Shown: positions 18,412 through 29,270, counted from the stretch's first letter. The stretch is 64,000 bases of DNA from Desulfobacterales bacterium (GCA_040769985.1 JAXGJZ010000004.1:105023-169022); one strand, 5' to 3'. Translations and numbers: made by a program. Notes: a model not told the origin generated them from the letters alone.

Positions 18412-19707
18412 ATGCCGGGAAAAACTTTCAGCACTTCGGCAGATTTTCAAAAAGCCCTTGAAATAGGGCGTCCACCTAACATTACAAGACTGTTTCCCCA
18501 CTCGAGGGCATTAATTGTCAGTGGAAAGTATATTGATAAAGCGATGCTTGCAAAGGGCAATACCATCGCCATGGCCGCAAACGGCAGAAACTATTTTATC
18601 ATCCGAGGCGTTCTGAAAGCTGCTCAGCGGGCAAACGCCGCTGTCATTATTGAGATTGCCAGATCCGAAGGCGGAGCGAATGCTTACTGCGCTGTCAATT
18701 TTTGGAATCTCGCAAGGCAGGTCGATTCCCTGTGTAACGAAATGAGCATCACGATTCCCGTAGCGATCCATGCCGATCATTATGGAATCAAAGAAGAAGG
18801 CGAGATCGAGCCGGCAAAAATCGAGATCCCGACATTGTTTGAGGCAGGTATCACCTCGATTGCGATCGACGCATCGCATCTTCCCGATGACAAGAATCTT
18901 CTTGCCAATATCGAACTGAATCCTTTTATTCCCAAATGGGCGGGACTTGAAACCGAAGTCGGTGAAATCAAGGGCAAAGTTGGATTATCAACACCGGAAG
19001 AAGCTTTATTTCTCATACAAGGCTTAAATGCTCACGATATTTTTCCGGATTGGATTGCCTTAAACAACGGAACAACCCACGGCATTGAAGAAAGCGACAA
19101 GGGAATACAGGTAAATCTGACGGCTGAAATTCATGCCGCTTTGACTAAATATCAAGTCTCCGGCGCACAGCACGGAACATCCGGTAACAATTCGGACAGA
19201 CTGAGAGAAATCGCCACCAAAACCCGGACCACCAAGGCAAACGTAGCCACAGCGCTCCAGATGATCTCATGGGGACTTGAAGTCAACGACTATGGAAACG
19301 CGATATTTGATCCCGATGGAAACTTTATAAAGGTTGAAGGTGAAGGCGTAACTGAAAAAATGTGGAAAGAAATGACGGAATATGCAAAATCCAAGGGCCT
19401 TAAAAAGGGGGACTATAAAAAGCTTAACCTTCCGTTTGAAAACAAGCTTCTTGGTCAACCCAAGGAAATAAAAGAAAGAATGGCCCAACGGGTGGAAAAA
19501 TTTGCCTACAACTTGATGGTAAATGTCTTTAACTCAAAGGATACCGCACAGCTTGCCATTGAAATGATTCTTAAGGCAGGCTCCTACGATGCCGGCTCCA
19601 AGGCAACCCGGATTGAAAATCCGGACGAATGGACAAACGAGATGATAATCCAAAAAGCGACTTCTCTGAAAACCGGCACAAGGACCGGGGCCCATTACGA
19701 TGATTGA
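18412..19707 (+). CDS. fba: class II fructose-1,6-bisphosphate aldolase (long form)
   Basis: The class II metal-ligand motifs HADHYG, DASH and GAQHGTSG are present. A strong SD (AAGGAGG) lies 8 nt upstream. Confidence 0.9.
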   Translation: MPGKTFSTSADFQKALEIGRPPNITRLFPHSRALIVSGKYIDKAMLAKGNTIAMAANGRNYFIIRGVLKAAQRANAAVIIEIARSEGGANAYCAVNFWNLARQVDSLCNEMSITIPVAIHADHYGIKEEGEIEPAKIEIPTLFEAGITSIAIDASHLPDDKNLLANIELNPFIPKWAGLETEVGEIKGKVGLSTPEEALFLIQGLNAHDIFPDWIALNNGTTHGIEESDKGIQVNLTAEIHAALTKYQVSGAQHGTSGNNSDRLREIATKTRTTKANVATALQMISWGLEVNDYGNAIFDPDGNFIKVEGEGVTEKMWKEMTEYAKSKGLKKGDYKKLNLPFENKLLGQPKEIKERMAQRVEKFAYNLMVNVFNSKDTAQLAIEMILKAGSYDAGSKATRIENPDEWTNEMIIQKATSLKTGTRTGAHYDD

Positions 19708-19826
19708 AAATAAACAATAGGAAGCGAAACGAAACCATTGCCGCCCCTTGTTATCGGTCATGGCAGATAATGTTACATAATTATCGATATGGCGTAAGTT
19801 TTTTACATTTAAGGATATTTTTATCT

Positions 19827-19853
19827 TAAGTTTTCAAAATCCTTTCCGATCTA
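19827..19853 (+). promoter_or_regulatory. sigma-28 (FliA)-type promoter TAAGTTTT-N11-CCGATCTA
   Basis: It compares well with the consensus TAAAGTTT-N11-GCCGATAA and lies 21 nt upstream of the 19874 start. Confidence 0.5.
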
Positions 19854-19873
19854 ATGGGTAAAGAGAGTCCTTT

Positions 19874-20314
19874 ATGCACATTCCATCTTATCAAATACAC
19901 AACGTGATAAAAGTATACAGCAGACGACTCTGTCAAAGTGAATATTCGGAACGTCAAAACGAATTCGGAACAAAATCATCCGTCAACAGAATCAATATGC
20001 CTTCAAAAGGAAAGCGAGAAACGATCATCGAAAAAGTCGCAACCGATATTCTTGAACGAATCAGCCGTTTCGGCTCCCTTGAAAATGGTATCCAAGAAAT
20101 CGAGGGAAAAAACCGTATGGAAGATAAAGCCCATTTTAAACCAAGAAATCAAGAAAGAGGCAAATTCGTTTTTAACACAATCGATGAGAGCAATCAAAAA
20201 AGGCCGCATACGCTTTCAACAGAAGATTCCGTTTTTTTAATTAAACGGCTTGAAAAGTTGGCTGGTGAAACGATTGAAAAACGTGAGGCGCTCTGGTCGG
20301 GAGGTATGATATGA
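19874..20314 (+). CDS. DVU0524-family FlgM-associated protein
   Basis: It has the N-terminus MHIPSYQIHNVIKVYSRRL, and its stop overlaps the flgM start (ATGA). The family name is recalled from memory. Confidence 0.55.
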   Translation: MHIPSYQIHNVIKVYSRRLCQSEYSERQNEFGTKSSVNRINMPSKGKRETIIEKVATDILERISRFGSLENGIQEIEGKNRMEDKAHFKPRNQERGKFVFNTIDESNQKRPHTLSTEDSVFLIKRLEKLAGETIEKREALWSGGMI

Positions 20315-20628
20315 ATACGTTGGATGTCGCAGGCAATTATGAAAGACCGACTTATGTCAAGGAACCGACGGAAAGCAGCCGGTTAAATATTCGTGAACAG
20401 CAGCCAACCGGGCAAAAAAAAGAGACATCGAGGGAAGATATAATTGTGAGCCTCTCGGATACTTGCAAAGAAATGAAATTGGCGAAAGAAGCAGTGGCAT
20501 CAATCCCTGAAATAAGGTCTGAAAAGGTGGAAAAAATCAGGGAGGCAATTTTGGAAGACAGGTATCGTATTGATTCAGATAAAATCGCTGAAAAGATCAT
20601 CGCCTCAATCATCGGTGAGTTTGTCTGA
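20311..20628 (+). CDS. flgM: anti-sigma-28 factor FlgM
   Basis: The C-terminal region RSEKVEKIREAILEDRYRIDSDKIAEKII matches the FlgM signature. Confidence 0.8.
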   Translation: MNTLDVAGNYERPTYVKEPTESSRLNIREQQPTGQKKETSREDIIVSLSDTCKEMKLAKEAVASIPEIRSEKVEKIREAILEDRYRIDSDKIAEKIIASIIGEFV

Positions 20629-20742
20629 CCTGTCGATATCCGGCGGGAAAAATTTTCCGGTGTGGCATTTGTATTTTTTCCTGCCTTGGTGAAACAAATC
20701 GTTTATTAATTTTTTTTTCAATAAGTTATCATTTTGCAGGAG

Positions 20743-20770
20743 GGCCGGCGTCAATGCTGGCCTTTTTTTT
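20743..20770 (+). terminator. rho-independent terminator after flgM
   Basis: A 7-bp stem (ggccggc / gctggcc, including one G-U pair) with a 6-nt loop is followed by T8. Confidence 0.6.
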
Positions 20771-20987
20771 GCATAAAATAAAAAGACCGGGATGGACGGT
20801 GATGATCCCTTCAAGGAGCATATCGATTCTATTCCATTCCTGGTAAAATTTTTATACTGGAAATACAGAATAATCGAATGATGAAACAGATAAACCGAAA
20901 GATTTAAAACTCTTCGTTTTTCATTCCGAAATAACCGTGATAGAACGAGTCATTACTCAATTCCCATGAAAAAGGAGGTTTTTTCCC

Positions 20988-21437
20988 ATGGACAAAATAT
21001 CAGGTATTTCTCAAGGAACGCTTATTTCCAATCATTCAAAAATAAACCGACAAGATAGCAACCTGTTTCAGAATACCTTGAAGGCGATGCTTGAAACGGA
21101 TGAAATTCAAAAGGCATCCGCAAGAAAAGCAGACGCTGCGAGCGAAATCATAGCCCCATCATATGTTAAAATTGAAGATCCTTCAGCAAACGCACTGAAT
21201 GAGACGAACACGCTTCTTGATCTTCTCGAAACTTATTCAAAAGAAATGGAAAACCCTGAGAAGTCATTAAAAGACATCGAGCCGCTTATCATTTCAATCA
21301 AAAATCATGCGACCCGGCTTATGAAGGAATTTGACGAAACAATGCATCCCGACGCGAATCTACGAAAAATTGCCGAACAATGCGCATTGGCTGCAAATGT
21401 GGAATATATTAAATTTCAGCGGGGTGATTATATTTAG
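20988..21437 (+). CDS. hypothetical protein (149 aa), flagellar-gene neighbourhood
   Basis: A strong SD (AAAGGAGG) supports the start. The sequence looks helical and acidic. I recognise no family. Confidence 0.55.
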   Translation: MDKISGISQGTLISNHSKINRQDSNLFQNTLKAMLETDEIQKASARKADAASEIIAPSYVKIEDPSANALNETNTLLDLLETYSKEMENPEKSLKDIEPLIISIKNHATRLMKEFDETMHPDANLRKIAEQCALAANVEYIKFQRGDYI

Positions 21438-21544
21438 TTCCCCGCCCCGCTATTTATCAAAGCGCCGGGCGGCAATGGATGCGTGGGGCATGTCTTCATG
21501 CACGAGAAAACCGGCAAGTCGGATTACGGACAAGGGCTCTGCCA

Positions 21545-22366
21545 TTATTTGGCCTTTTGTTTGGCCGCTTCCCATACTGTTTCCATCTCATTTTGAGAAG
21601 CGGATTCCAGACTTCTTCCAGCTTCCGAAAACACCTTTTCCATGTATTGAAATCGCTTTTCAAATTTTTTTATAGACGATCTCAAAGCTGTTTCAGGGTG
21701 TATGTGTAAAAAACGCGCTACATTTACCATTGCGAACAGGACATCCCCAAACTCCATAGCGATCTTGTCAGAATCCCGTCCGGATTGATTTTCCTCGATT
21801 CTTAACTCTGATTTTAATTCAAACCATTCTTCCTCCACTTTTTGCATCACACCTACAATATCGTTCCAGTCAAATCCGGTTCTTGCCGCTCGTTCGGAGA
21901 TTCGGTAGGCACGAACCAAGGCAGGAAGCCCTGGAGGAACGGAATCAAGGATCGACGTCTTGCACCTGTGATTTTTCTCCTTCATCTTAATCTGGTGCCA
22001 CCTTTGTTTTACTTCTTCAGCGGTGTTGACTCTTTTCCCCCCGAAAACATGGGGATGGCGGCGAATCATTTTCTCGATATTGACCTCGGTAACGTCATGG
22101 ATATCGAACTCTCCCATTTCTTGATACATTCTCGATAAAAATAAAACGTGAAACAACACGTCTCCAAGTTCTTCACATACATCTTGGGTTTTGCCGGATT
22201 CAATCGCCTCCACCAGCTCGTATATCTCTTCGATCAGGTAAACCGTCATGCTTCGGGGAGTCTGTTTTTTATCCCACGGACATCCACCTTCTCCCCTCAG
22301 GGTCTTGATAACATCCATGAGGCTATCAATGCCGGAAGTTGTATGCATCAGTTTTGTTTCTTCCAA
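21545..22366 (-). CDS. mazG: nucleoside triphosphate pyrophosphohydrolase MazG
   Basis: It has tandem MazG domains (GCPWDKKQT, EEIYELVEAI, ELGDVLF). An alternative start at 22348 would share one nt with the cvpA stop. Confidence 0.9.
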   Translation of the reverse strand: MEETKLMHTTSGIDSLMDVIKTLRGEGGCPWDKKQTPRSMTVYLIEEIYELVEAIESGKTQDVCEELGDVLFHVLFLSRMYQEMGEFDIHDVTEVNIEKMIRRHPHVFGGKRVNTAEEVKQRWHQIKMKEKNHRCKTSILDSVPPGLPALVRAYRISERAARTGFDWNDIVGVMQKVEEEWFELKSELRIEENQSGRDSDKIAMEFGDVLFAMVNVARFLHIHPETALRSSIKKFEKRFQYMEKVFSEAGRSLESASQNEMETVWEAAKQKAK

Positions 22367-22875
22367 GTCTCTTTGAAATCTTTGAGCTTAAAAGAAAATT
22401 GATCTTTCATGGATTGGGGGATCACCTTTGCCAGCCTCTCCGAAACCATTGTTATATATGGGGAAAGCATTGAGTTTCTGATTACGGGCGATCCTTTGGG
22501 AAGGAAAGCGGTGAGCATAATTAATAAAATCGATACAATAAGCACGCCTTTAATAATGCCGAATCCAGCTCCGGAAACCCGATCGATCCAGCCAAGGGAC
22601 GCTATTTTTAGGATATACTTTATAATGATACCCAGAATGTTGACAATAACCAAAACACCGACAAATAGAATTAGAAAGCTTAAGATATTTGAATTGGCAA
22701 CGTTTGATATCCACTTCGATAATAATTTCGCGATTTCTGCATAATACGTATAGGCGGCATAAAATCCGGCCAGCACTCCGATTATCGCGGAAACCTCCTT
22801 AACAAGACCTCTGAAAATGCCCCTTACCAAACAGAAACTCAAGATAACAATAATTACAATATCAAATGGGTTCAT
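22348..22875 (-). CDS. cvpA: CvpA-family membrane protein
   Basis: It has four TM helices and the N-terminus NPFDIVIIVILSFCLVRGIFRGLV typical of CvpA. Confidence 0.85.
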   Translation of the reverse strand: MNPFDIVIIVILSFCLVRGIFRGLVKEVSAIIGVLAGFYAAYTYYAEIAKLLSKWISNVANSNILSFLILFVGVLVIVNILGIIIKYILKIASLGWIDRVSGAGFGIIKGVLIVSILLIMLTAFLPKGSPVIRNSMLSPYITMVSERLAKVIPQSMKDQFSFKLKDFKETWKKQN

Positions 22876-23463
22876 ACCTTCCCTTCATTATTCAAATATC
22901 ACTCCAGATTCTAGTAATAGAATTTTTATTTTTCCTAATATTTGATAGAAACAAATTTAGGAGCCAATTTCTTTAAAAATAAAAAATTTAACTGTTTTGA
23001 ATTAACAGAGCTAGTATTTCGAGTCAAGAAGTTTTCATTTTGAAGGCCGGTATGGGAAACCCATGTAAAAAATTTCAGTGGATCTTCGATAACGGCCCAA
23101 AAAACCTTTTTACAAAATGTGATTACCACTGAAGCTGATCGCCAAAATTGTTATTTGCAATCACTTGAAAGATTATGATATATCGATAAAAAATGATTTC
23201 ATTTACCTATCCCTGCAGGACGAAAAATTATTTTATCTGCTTAAAATTGGCGTTGGAACGAACTGTATTTGAGTTTTCCGTGCCTTTTAACGGCAACCAG
23301 GTCGGGGATTTTTTCAGCTAAGATTTAACCCGGACGTTCATAAAAAATCGATCATGACCGGCATTCATGGCGGAGAATAAATGGCGACGTCCCCGCTTCC
23401 TCTCACTTTTTATGGTGATAATGAGTGTAATTACTCTTCATATTAATTTCATACTGAACACAT

Positions 23464-24444
23464 ATGACTGAAACCTTGGATAATAAACCCTCCCAGCTGA
23501 CTTTTTCAAATATCGAGCTGGCTAGACAGCTTTTTGGTGAACGCAACTGCAACCTTCACCGAATCGCAGATACACTCGAGCTTACCATAAATACAAGAGG
23601 AAATACGGTATTTATTCAAGGTGATCATATCGCAGCGAAACTTGCCGAAAACATACTGAATCAGCTTTACGACTTGTTAAAAAATGGATACCCTGTTTAT
23701 TCCAAGGACGTTGATTATGCCATCCGAGTATTGAGTTCGGATGATCGTATCCATCTTAAGGATATTTTTCTGGATACCATTTACGTCACGTCAAAAAAGC
23801 ATGCCATCACTCCAAAAAGCCGCTCTCAGAAAGAATATATAGATGCCATTAGAAGCTATGATATGGTTTTTGGAATCGGGCCGGCGGGAACCGGCAAAAC
23901 TTATTTGGCGATGGCGATGGCGGTATCGGCTCTTTCGAAAGGCCAGGTCAGCCGGATTATTTTAACCCGACCGGCGGTAGAGGCCGGTGAAGCGCTTGGA
24001 TTTTTGCCCGGAGATCTTGCAGAAAAAGTTGATCCTTACTTAAGGCCCCTCTACGATGCGCTGCACGATATGATGCGTTTCGAAAAAGCGTCCGGCTTAG
24101 TAGACCAAGGTATTATAGAAGTTGCACCTTTGGCTTTCATGCGTGGAAGAACGCTGAACGATTCTTTTGTCATTTTGGATGAGGCCCAAAACACCACCTC
24201 CGAACAAATGAAGATGTTTTTGACCCGAATCGGATTCAGTTCCAAGGCAGTCATTACGGGTGACATAACACAAATTGATCTCCCTCCCGAAAGGATTTCG
24301 GGGCTTATCGAGGCCAAAAAGATTTTGCAGGGAATCGATGGGATCAAATTTGTCTTTTTTTCAAAAACAGACGTCGTGAGGCATCCTCTCGTGCAGGAAA
24401 TCATAAGAGCATATGAGGATTTGGAAGAAAGCAAAAGAAAATAA
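23464..24444 (+). CDS. phoH: PhoH-family ATPase
   Basis: It has a Walker A motif (GPAGTGKTYLA) and the PhoH motifs FLPGDL and DEAQN. Confidence 0.95.
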   Translation: MTETLDNKPSQLTFSNIELARQLFGERNCNLHRIADTLELTINTRGNTVFIQGDHIAAKLAENILNQLYDLLKNGYPVYSKDVDYAIRVLSSDDRIHLKDIFLDTIYVTSKKHAITPKSRSQKEYIDAIRSYDMVFGIGPAGTGKTYLAMAMAVSALSKGQVSRIILTRPAVEAGEALGFLPGDLAEKVDPYLRPLYDALHDMMRFEKASGLVDQGIIEVAPLAFMRGRTLNDSFVILDEAQNTTSEQMKMFLTRIGFSSKAVITGDITQIDLPPERISGLIEAKKILQGIDGIKFVFFSKTDVVRHPLVQEIIRAYEDLEESKRK

Positions 24445-24650
24445 TCATTCATCTTATCCAATTTCCGTTTCCTTATAAAATGAATGGCTTAAAATACTTC
24501 AATAGGATTTACAATTCAGGCGGGACGAGACGTTCAACCGCAGAAACGCATGGAGTATTTTGAGAACCGAACACCTCTCTCCGACACCGATATTAAGCCC
24601 GAGGGGAGATTTAGACATTAATTCCATCAAAATCGGAATGATTCAACCGA

Positions 24651-27062
24651 ATGAGTAAAGAAAAAAGAATAGATATCCTCAGCAAGTTCCTTGGAGCCAA
24701 TGTTTATGTTCGTTTGGGCCTAATGATTGCCGTAACCATTCTTTACACCATTATCTTCCACCCGGACCTCATTGCCACAAAACATTCATACAAGGTGGGA
24801 GATATCGCGGAACGGGATATCAAATCGCCAAAAAATTTTTTCATAGAAGATAAAGACGCCACCGAGGCAAAACGGGAACAGTCCGTGGAGGAAGTTTCAA
24901 CCGTTTATGATCATGATACGATGCTGTATCGGGACATAAGCGATCGGGTGAATCAAGCTTTCCATGATCTCCGAACGCTCTTTGAATCCCCGGATAAAAC
25001 TCAAGAGGGAACCTCATCAAAAAATCTGAAAACCCCTCTCACAGGCAACACCGATGCAATAAAAATCGCAACTGATCGGGCATGGCAAGAAATCGGCGAA
25101 TTTGAAGAAAAAATTGGAATTCCGATTAGCAAAGGGGCTTACTCGATTCTTGTGCAAGAAAAGTTTTCAGTCGATATTTCAAATGCAATTACCGATATTT
25201 TGACGGAAATCCTGTTAAACGGTGTGGTCATCGATAAAGAGATACTTCTTAAAGAAATCGACAAAGGAATTGTCTTAAAGACCGTCGGATCCGGGCAGGA
25301 AAAGACAGTTAAAGACTTGAAACTTTTCTACGGACTCGATGAGGCAAAAACGATCGCAAAAATTACGGGTCAATCCCGGTTGAAAGATCTTAATTACAGC
25401 CTTCAAAATCTGATTGTCGATTTTGTTCAAAAGCTCATACAGCCCAACATCACTCTAAATAAAAGTGAAACGGAACAACGGAAAAACAGCGCCTTCCAAG
25501 CGGTCAAACCGGTTCTTTACAAAATAAAGGCAGGAGAAATGCTTTTACGCGAAGGGGAAAGGGTAACAGAAGCCCAGATTTTAAAACTGCAGGCGCTGCA
25601 AGATCAAATAAATAAAGGTCAAATACTGATAAGCAGCATCGGAGTTGCGATGTTGATTTTTTATCTTTTTTTGATAACCACCATTATTAATGTAAAAAAT
25701 CAAACCAGGTTTTCAGGCGATCCCAACAAAAGCCTGCTGTTTATCTCCACCATATTTATCGTCTTTATTCTTTTTACAAAGATATCGGTATTCTTGTCCG
25801 AATCTTTTTCCGCAAAGGTGCCTTTTTCGATAACTGCGTCATCCATCGTTTTCGCTGTTCCGCTTGGTTCCAGCGCGATGCTTGTTTGTTTGTTCATGGG
25901 ATTCGATATCGCGATTCCTTTTGCATTGATCATGTCGGTTTGCGCAGCCGGAATGTTGGAAAACCGGTTTGAATTTTTTATCTATTTTCTGCTCAGCAAC
26001 GAAATGGCGGCCTACTGGGTTCAGAATTGCAGGGAACGCAACGTAATTATCAAAGCGGGACTCAAGCTTGGACTTCTGAATTTGTTGCTCGCTATCGCAA
26101 TCGCCCTGCACATGGGAGACTCTTTTGGCCTCGGAATTCTATGGAATTGTATCTTTGCGTTTATGGGGGGGGTCGGCGCAGGAATCATTACTACCGGCTT
26201 CGCTCCGGTCGTTGAAATTGCCTTCGATTACACAACGGATATCAAACTTCTTGAACTCGCGAATCTTGATCGTCCCATACTTCGCAGACTCATGATAGAG
26301 GCACCGGGAACTTATCATCATTCTATTATCGTCGGAACCATGGTCGAGGCTGCGGCCTCTGAAATAAACGCCAATCCGCTCCTGGCAAAGGTGTGCGGAT
26401 ATTATCATGATATCGGGAAGATCAAAAAGCCCCTATATTTTGTTGAAAACCAGGCAAATGGCAAAAACAAACACGATAAGCTTGCGCCCTCGATGTCCAG
26501 CCTGATTTTAATTTCTCACATCAAAGATGGTGTTGAGATCGCCCGAAAAAACAAACTGGGAGGAGTCATCGCCGACACGATCAACCAACACCATGGTACC
26601 AGCCTGATTCGCTACTTTTATGAGAAAGCCCAGCAGATAAAGGGAAAGGATTCGGTCAAAATCGGTGATTTCAGATACCCGGGACCCAAGCCCCAAACGA
26701 AAGAAGCCGGTCTTGTCATGCTGGCGGATGTGGTTGAAGCCGCATCCAGGACCTTGGAGAATCCCACTCCAGCCAGAATCCAAGGACTTGTGCAAAACCT
26801 TATAAACAACGTCTTTTCCGACGGACAGCTTGACAATTGCGAACTGACCTTGAAAGATCTCCACAATATCGCGAAAAGTTTCAACAAAATATTAAACGGA
26901 ATCCATCATCACCGGATTGAGTATACCGAAAACCCCGTTGTGAACATTGGGAAAAGAAAAGATGGGAATTCTGATCGACAACAGGCAAAACAAGCACAGG
27001 ATCTCGGTGGAGAAAATAAGGAAAAGAGCCCGGATTGTCTTAAACGCCTTGGATTGTCCTGA
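24651..27062 (+). CDS. 7TM-HD membrane phosphohydrolase (PgpH/YqfF-like, cyclic-di-AMP phosphodiesterase family)
   Basis: An extracellular domain is followed by 7 TM helices and an HD domain (HHSIIVG, YHDIGK). Confidence 0.9.
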   Translation: MSKEKRIDILSKFLGANVYVRLGLMIAVTILYTIIFHPDLIATKHSYKVGDIAERDIKSPKNFFIEDKDATEAKREQSVEEVSTVYDHDTMLYRDISDRVNQAFHDLRTLFESPDKTQEGTSSKNLKTPLTGNTDAIKIATDRAWQEIGEFEEKIGIPISKGAYSILVQEKFSVDISNAITDILTEILLNGVVIDKEILLKEIDKGIVLKTVGSGQEKTVKDLKLFYGLDEAKTIAKITGQSRLKDLNYSLQNLIVDFVQKLIQPNITLNKSETEQRKNSAFQAVKPVLYKIKAGEMLLREGERVTEAQILKLQALQDQINKGQILISSIGVAMLIFYLFLITTIINVKNQTRFSGDPNKSLLFISTIFIVFILFTKISVFLSESFSAKVPFSITASSIVFAVPLGSSAMLVCLFMGFDIAIPFALIMSVCAAGMLENRFEFFIYFLLSNEMAAYWVQNCRERNVIIKAGLKLGLLNLLLAIAIALHMGDSFGLGILWNCIFAFMGGVGAGIITTGFAPVVEIAFDYTTDIKLLELANLDRPILRRLMIEAPGTYHHSIIVGTMVEAAASEINANPLLAKVCGYYHDIGKIKKPLYFVENQANGKNKHDKLAPSMSSLILISHIKDGVEIARKNKLGGVIADTINQHHGTSLIRYFYEKAQQIKGKDSVKIGDFRYPGPKPQTKEAGLVMLADVVEAASRTLENPTPARIQGLVQNLINNVFSDGQLDNCELTLKDLHNIAKSFNKILNGIHHHRIEYTENPVVNIGKRKDGNSDRQQAKQAQDLGGENKEKSPDCLKRLGLS

Positions 27063-27408
27063 AGGCGAACTTTCGATCCTTATCCTTGATGACCTACAGA
27101 TAGAAACCTTGAATGAAAAATATCTCAAAAGAAAATGCCCGACCAATGTGATTGCCTTTCCGATGCAAGAGGGAAAGTTTTCAAATATAAATCCAAGGCT
27201 TCTCGGAGATGTGGTGATTTCCTTGGAAACCGCCCGGCGAGAGGCTAAAGATTCAGGCATCACCACGGAGATGCGTTTTACGCAACTTCTGGTTCACGGT
27301 ATTCTTCATCTTTTCGGCTATGATCATGAAACCACATTAAAAGAATCGCTGAGGATGGAAAAGAAAAGCGATGCGATCTTGAAGCGGATAGAAGAAACAG
27401 GGGAGTAG
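26962..27408 (+). CDS. ybeY: rRNA maturation RNase YbeY
   Basis: The zinc motif HGILHLFGYDH is present. The start is ATG 26962 (or TTG 26947). The gene overlaps the preceding gene out of frame by about 100 nt. Confidence 0.9.
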   Translation: MGILIDNRQNKHRISVEKIRKRARIVLNALDCPEGELSILILDDLQIETLNEKYLKRKCPTNVIAFPMQEGKFSNINPRLLGDVVISLETARREAKDSGITTEMRFTQLLVHGILHLFGYDHETTLKESLRMEKKSDAILKRIEETGE

Positions 27409-27535
27409 AAGAAAGTGATTTGGAATAAACCGTATCAATCTGATATTATAACAAAATACGAACTCTCATGCCGGTTGCCCATCGTTTGCGGTTAAATACC
27501 ATGATGAAACGCCGACCCTTTCATATTCGCTCATT

Positions 27536-28015
27536 ATGACTCGCCGTAAAATTCAAACCACAACCCATTCCGCAGAAGAAACCCGATTGCTTGGGGAAAA
27601 GATAAGCACCCAACTTGAAAAAGGGACGGTAATTGCTTTAACCGGTGACCTCGGAAGCGGCAAAACCGCTTTTGTTCAGGGGCTCGCAAGAGGCCTTGGC
27701 GTCCCGCCGGAATACTACATAACCAGCCCAACCTTTACATTGATTAATGAATATCCAGCGCGATACCCCTTGTTTCACGTCGACCTTTATCGCATCGGGG
27801 ATCCGACTGAATTAGAAGATACGGGTATTTTTGAGATTCTTCATGGAAATGGAGTCGTAGCCATCGAGTGGGCGGACAAACTGGATCAAAACATTTTATC
27901 CGAGCATCTTGCGGTGGATTTTGAAATAATAAACGACGAAACCAGAAAAATCACTATGACTTCTTATGGACATCATACTTTTATTCTGTTAGAAAAGCTT
28001 GAAAAAATAATCTAA
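27536..28015 (+). CDS. tsaE: tRNA t6A37 biosynthesis ATPase TsaE
   Basis: It has the P-loop GDLGSGKT and SPTFTL, the conserved TsaE motifs. Confidence 0.9.
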   Translation: MTRRKIQTTTHSAEETRLLGEKISTQLEKGTVIALTGDLGSGKTAFVQGLARGLGVPPEYYITSPTFTLINEYPARYPLFHVDLYRIGDPTELEDTGIFEILHGNGVVAIEWADKLDQNILSEHLAVDFEIINDETRKITMTSYGHHTFILLEKLEKII

Positions 28016-28024
28016 GAGGAAGAG

Positions 28025-29242
28025 ATGAGTTTAATCGTACAAAAATTCGGAGGCACCTCGGTCGCCAATATCGAGCGCATTCGCAATGTTGCCAAGCGGG
28101 TAGCGAAAACCTATGATCAGGGAAACAAGATGGTGGTCATCCTTTCAGCCATGGCCGGGGTTACCGACAGCATTCTTAGCCTTGCGAAGCAGATCACCCA
28201 TTCCCCTGAAAAACGGGAACTGGATGTCCTTCTTGCCACTGGGGAACAAACCACGGCGGCCATTTTGGCAATGACCTTAAAATCCATGAATTATCCCGCC
28301 ATATCGATGCTTGGTTTTCAGGCAGGAGTTATCACGGACCACGCTTTCGGTAATGCCCGCATTGTTGAGATTGGAGCGCCCCGGATCCGAGGGCTTCTTG
28401 AAAAAAATTACATTGTGGTGGTAGCGGGATTTCAAGGCGTTGATGCAGATGGAAACATTACCACGCTCGGGCGAGGCGGGTCCGACACTTCGGCCGTAGC
28501 AATCGCTGCCGCGCTGAAGGCAGACATGTGCGAAATCTATACAGACGTGGATGGCATCTACACCGCCGATCCCAATATCTGCCATAAAGCCAGAAAGCTC
28601 GGCAAGATCGCCTATGACGAAATACTGGAAATGGCGAGCTTGGGTGCCAAGGTCCTGCAAATTCGTTCGGTCTCTTTTGCCAAGAAATACAATGTCCCGG
28701 TGCATGTAAGATCATCATTCAGCGAGGAGAAAGGTACCATGGTTGTTAATGAAGATTCCGATATGGAGCGCATGGTGGTCACCAGTGTAACCTGCAACAA
28801 AAACGAAGCCCGGATTACCTTGAAAAAGGTTCCTGACAGACCCGGAGTAGCGGCTAAAATTTTTACACCGATTGCCGAAGCGGGAATCCTGGTGGACATG
28901 ATTATTCAAAACATCCAGCCTGGAGGTTTGACGGATTTGACCTTTACGGTTCCCAAAACCGATTTCGAAAAAGCGCTGGAAATCGAAAATCAGGTCGCGA
29001 AGGAAATCCACGCGGAAGAGGTGCTGGGAAACGAAAATATCGCAAAGGTGTCGGCGACCGGTGTCGGAATGAGGAACAATTCCGGGGTAGCATTGAAGAT
29101 GTTTTCAGCCCTGGCCAATGAAAACATAAATATTCTGATGATCAGCACATCAGAAATCAGGATATCCTGCGTTATTGAAGAAAAATATGCAGAGCTCGCC
29201 GTCCGTGTCCTTCACTCCGCATTCGGCCTGGATAAGAATTAA
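28025..29242 (+). CDS. lysC: aspartate kinase
   Basis: It begins [10 protein letters not shown], has GRGGSDT, and carries two C-terminal ACT domains. Confidence 0.95.
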   Translation: MSLIVQKFGGTSVANIERIRNVAKRVAKTYDQGNKMVVILSAMAGVTDSILSLAKQITHSPEKRELDVLLATGEQTTAAILAMTLKSMNYPAISMLGFQAGVITDHAFGNARIVEIGAPRIRGLLEKNYIVVVAGFQGVDADGNITTLGRGGSDTSAVAIAAALKADMCEIYTDVDGIYTADPNICHKARKLGKIAYDEILEMASLGAKVLQIRSVSFAKKYNVPVHVRSSFSEEKGTMVVNEDSDMERMVVTSVTCNKNEARITLKKVPDRPGVAAKIFTPIAEAGILVDMIIQNIQPGGLTDLTFTVPKTDFEKALEIENQVAKEIHAEEVLGNENIAKVSATGVGMRNNSGVALKMFSALANENINILMISTSEIRISCVIEEKYAELAVRVLHSAFGLDKN

Positions 29243-29270
29243 CGGGGATCAAGGTAACAAAACCTCTGAG

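Noticed and set aside
20905-20934. A sigma-28-like sequence (TAAA-N16-TCCGAAATAA) upstream of the 149-aa gene at 20988.
   Set aside because: The -10 element needs an extra base relative to GCCGATAA and the spacing is off by one. It is too weak to call.
28016-28024. A lysine riboswitch (L-box) is commonly found upstream of lysC, so I looked for one.
   Set aside because: Only 9 nt separate tsaE and lysC, leaving no room for a leader RNA.
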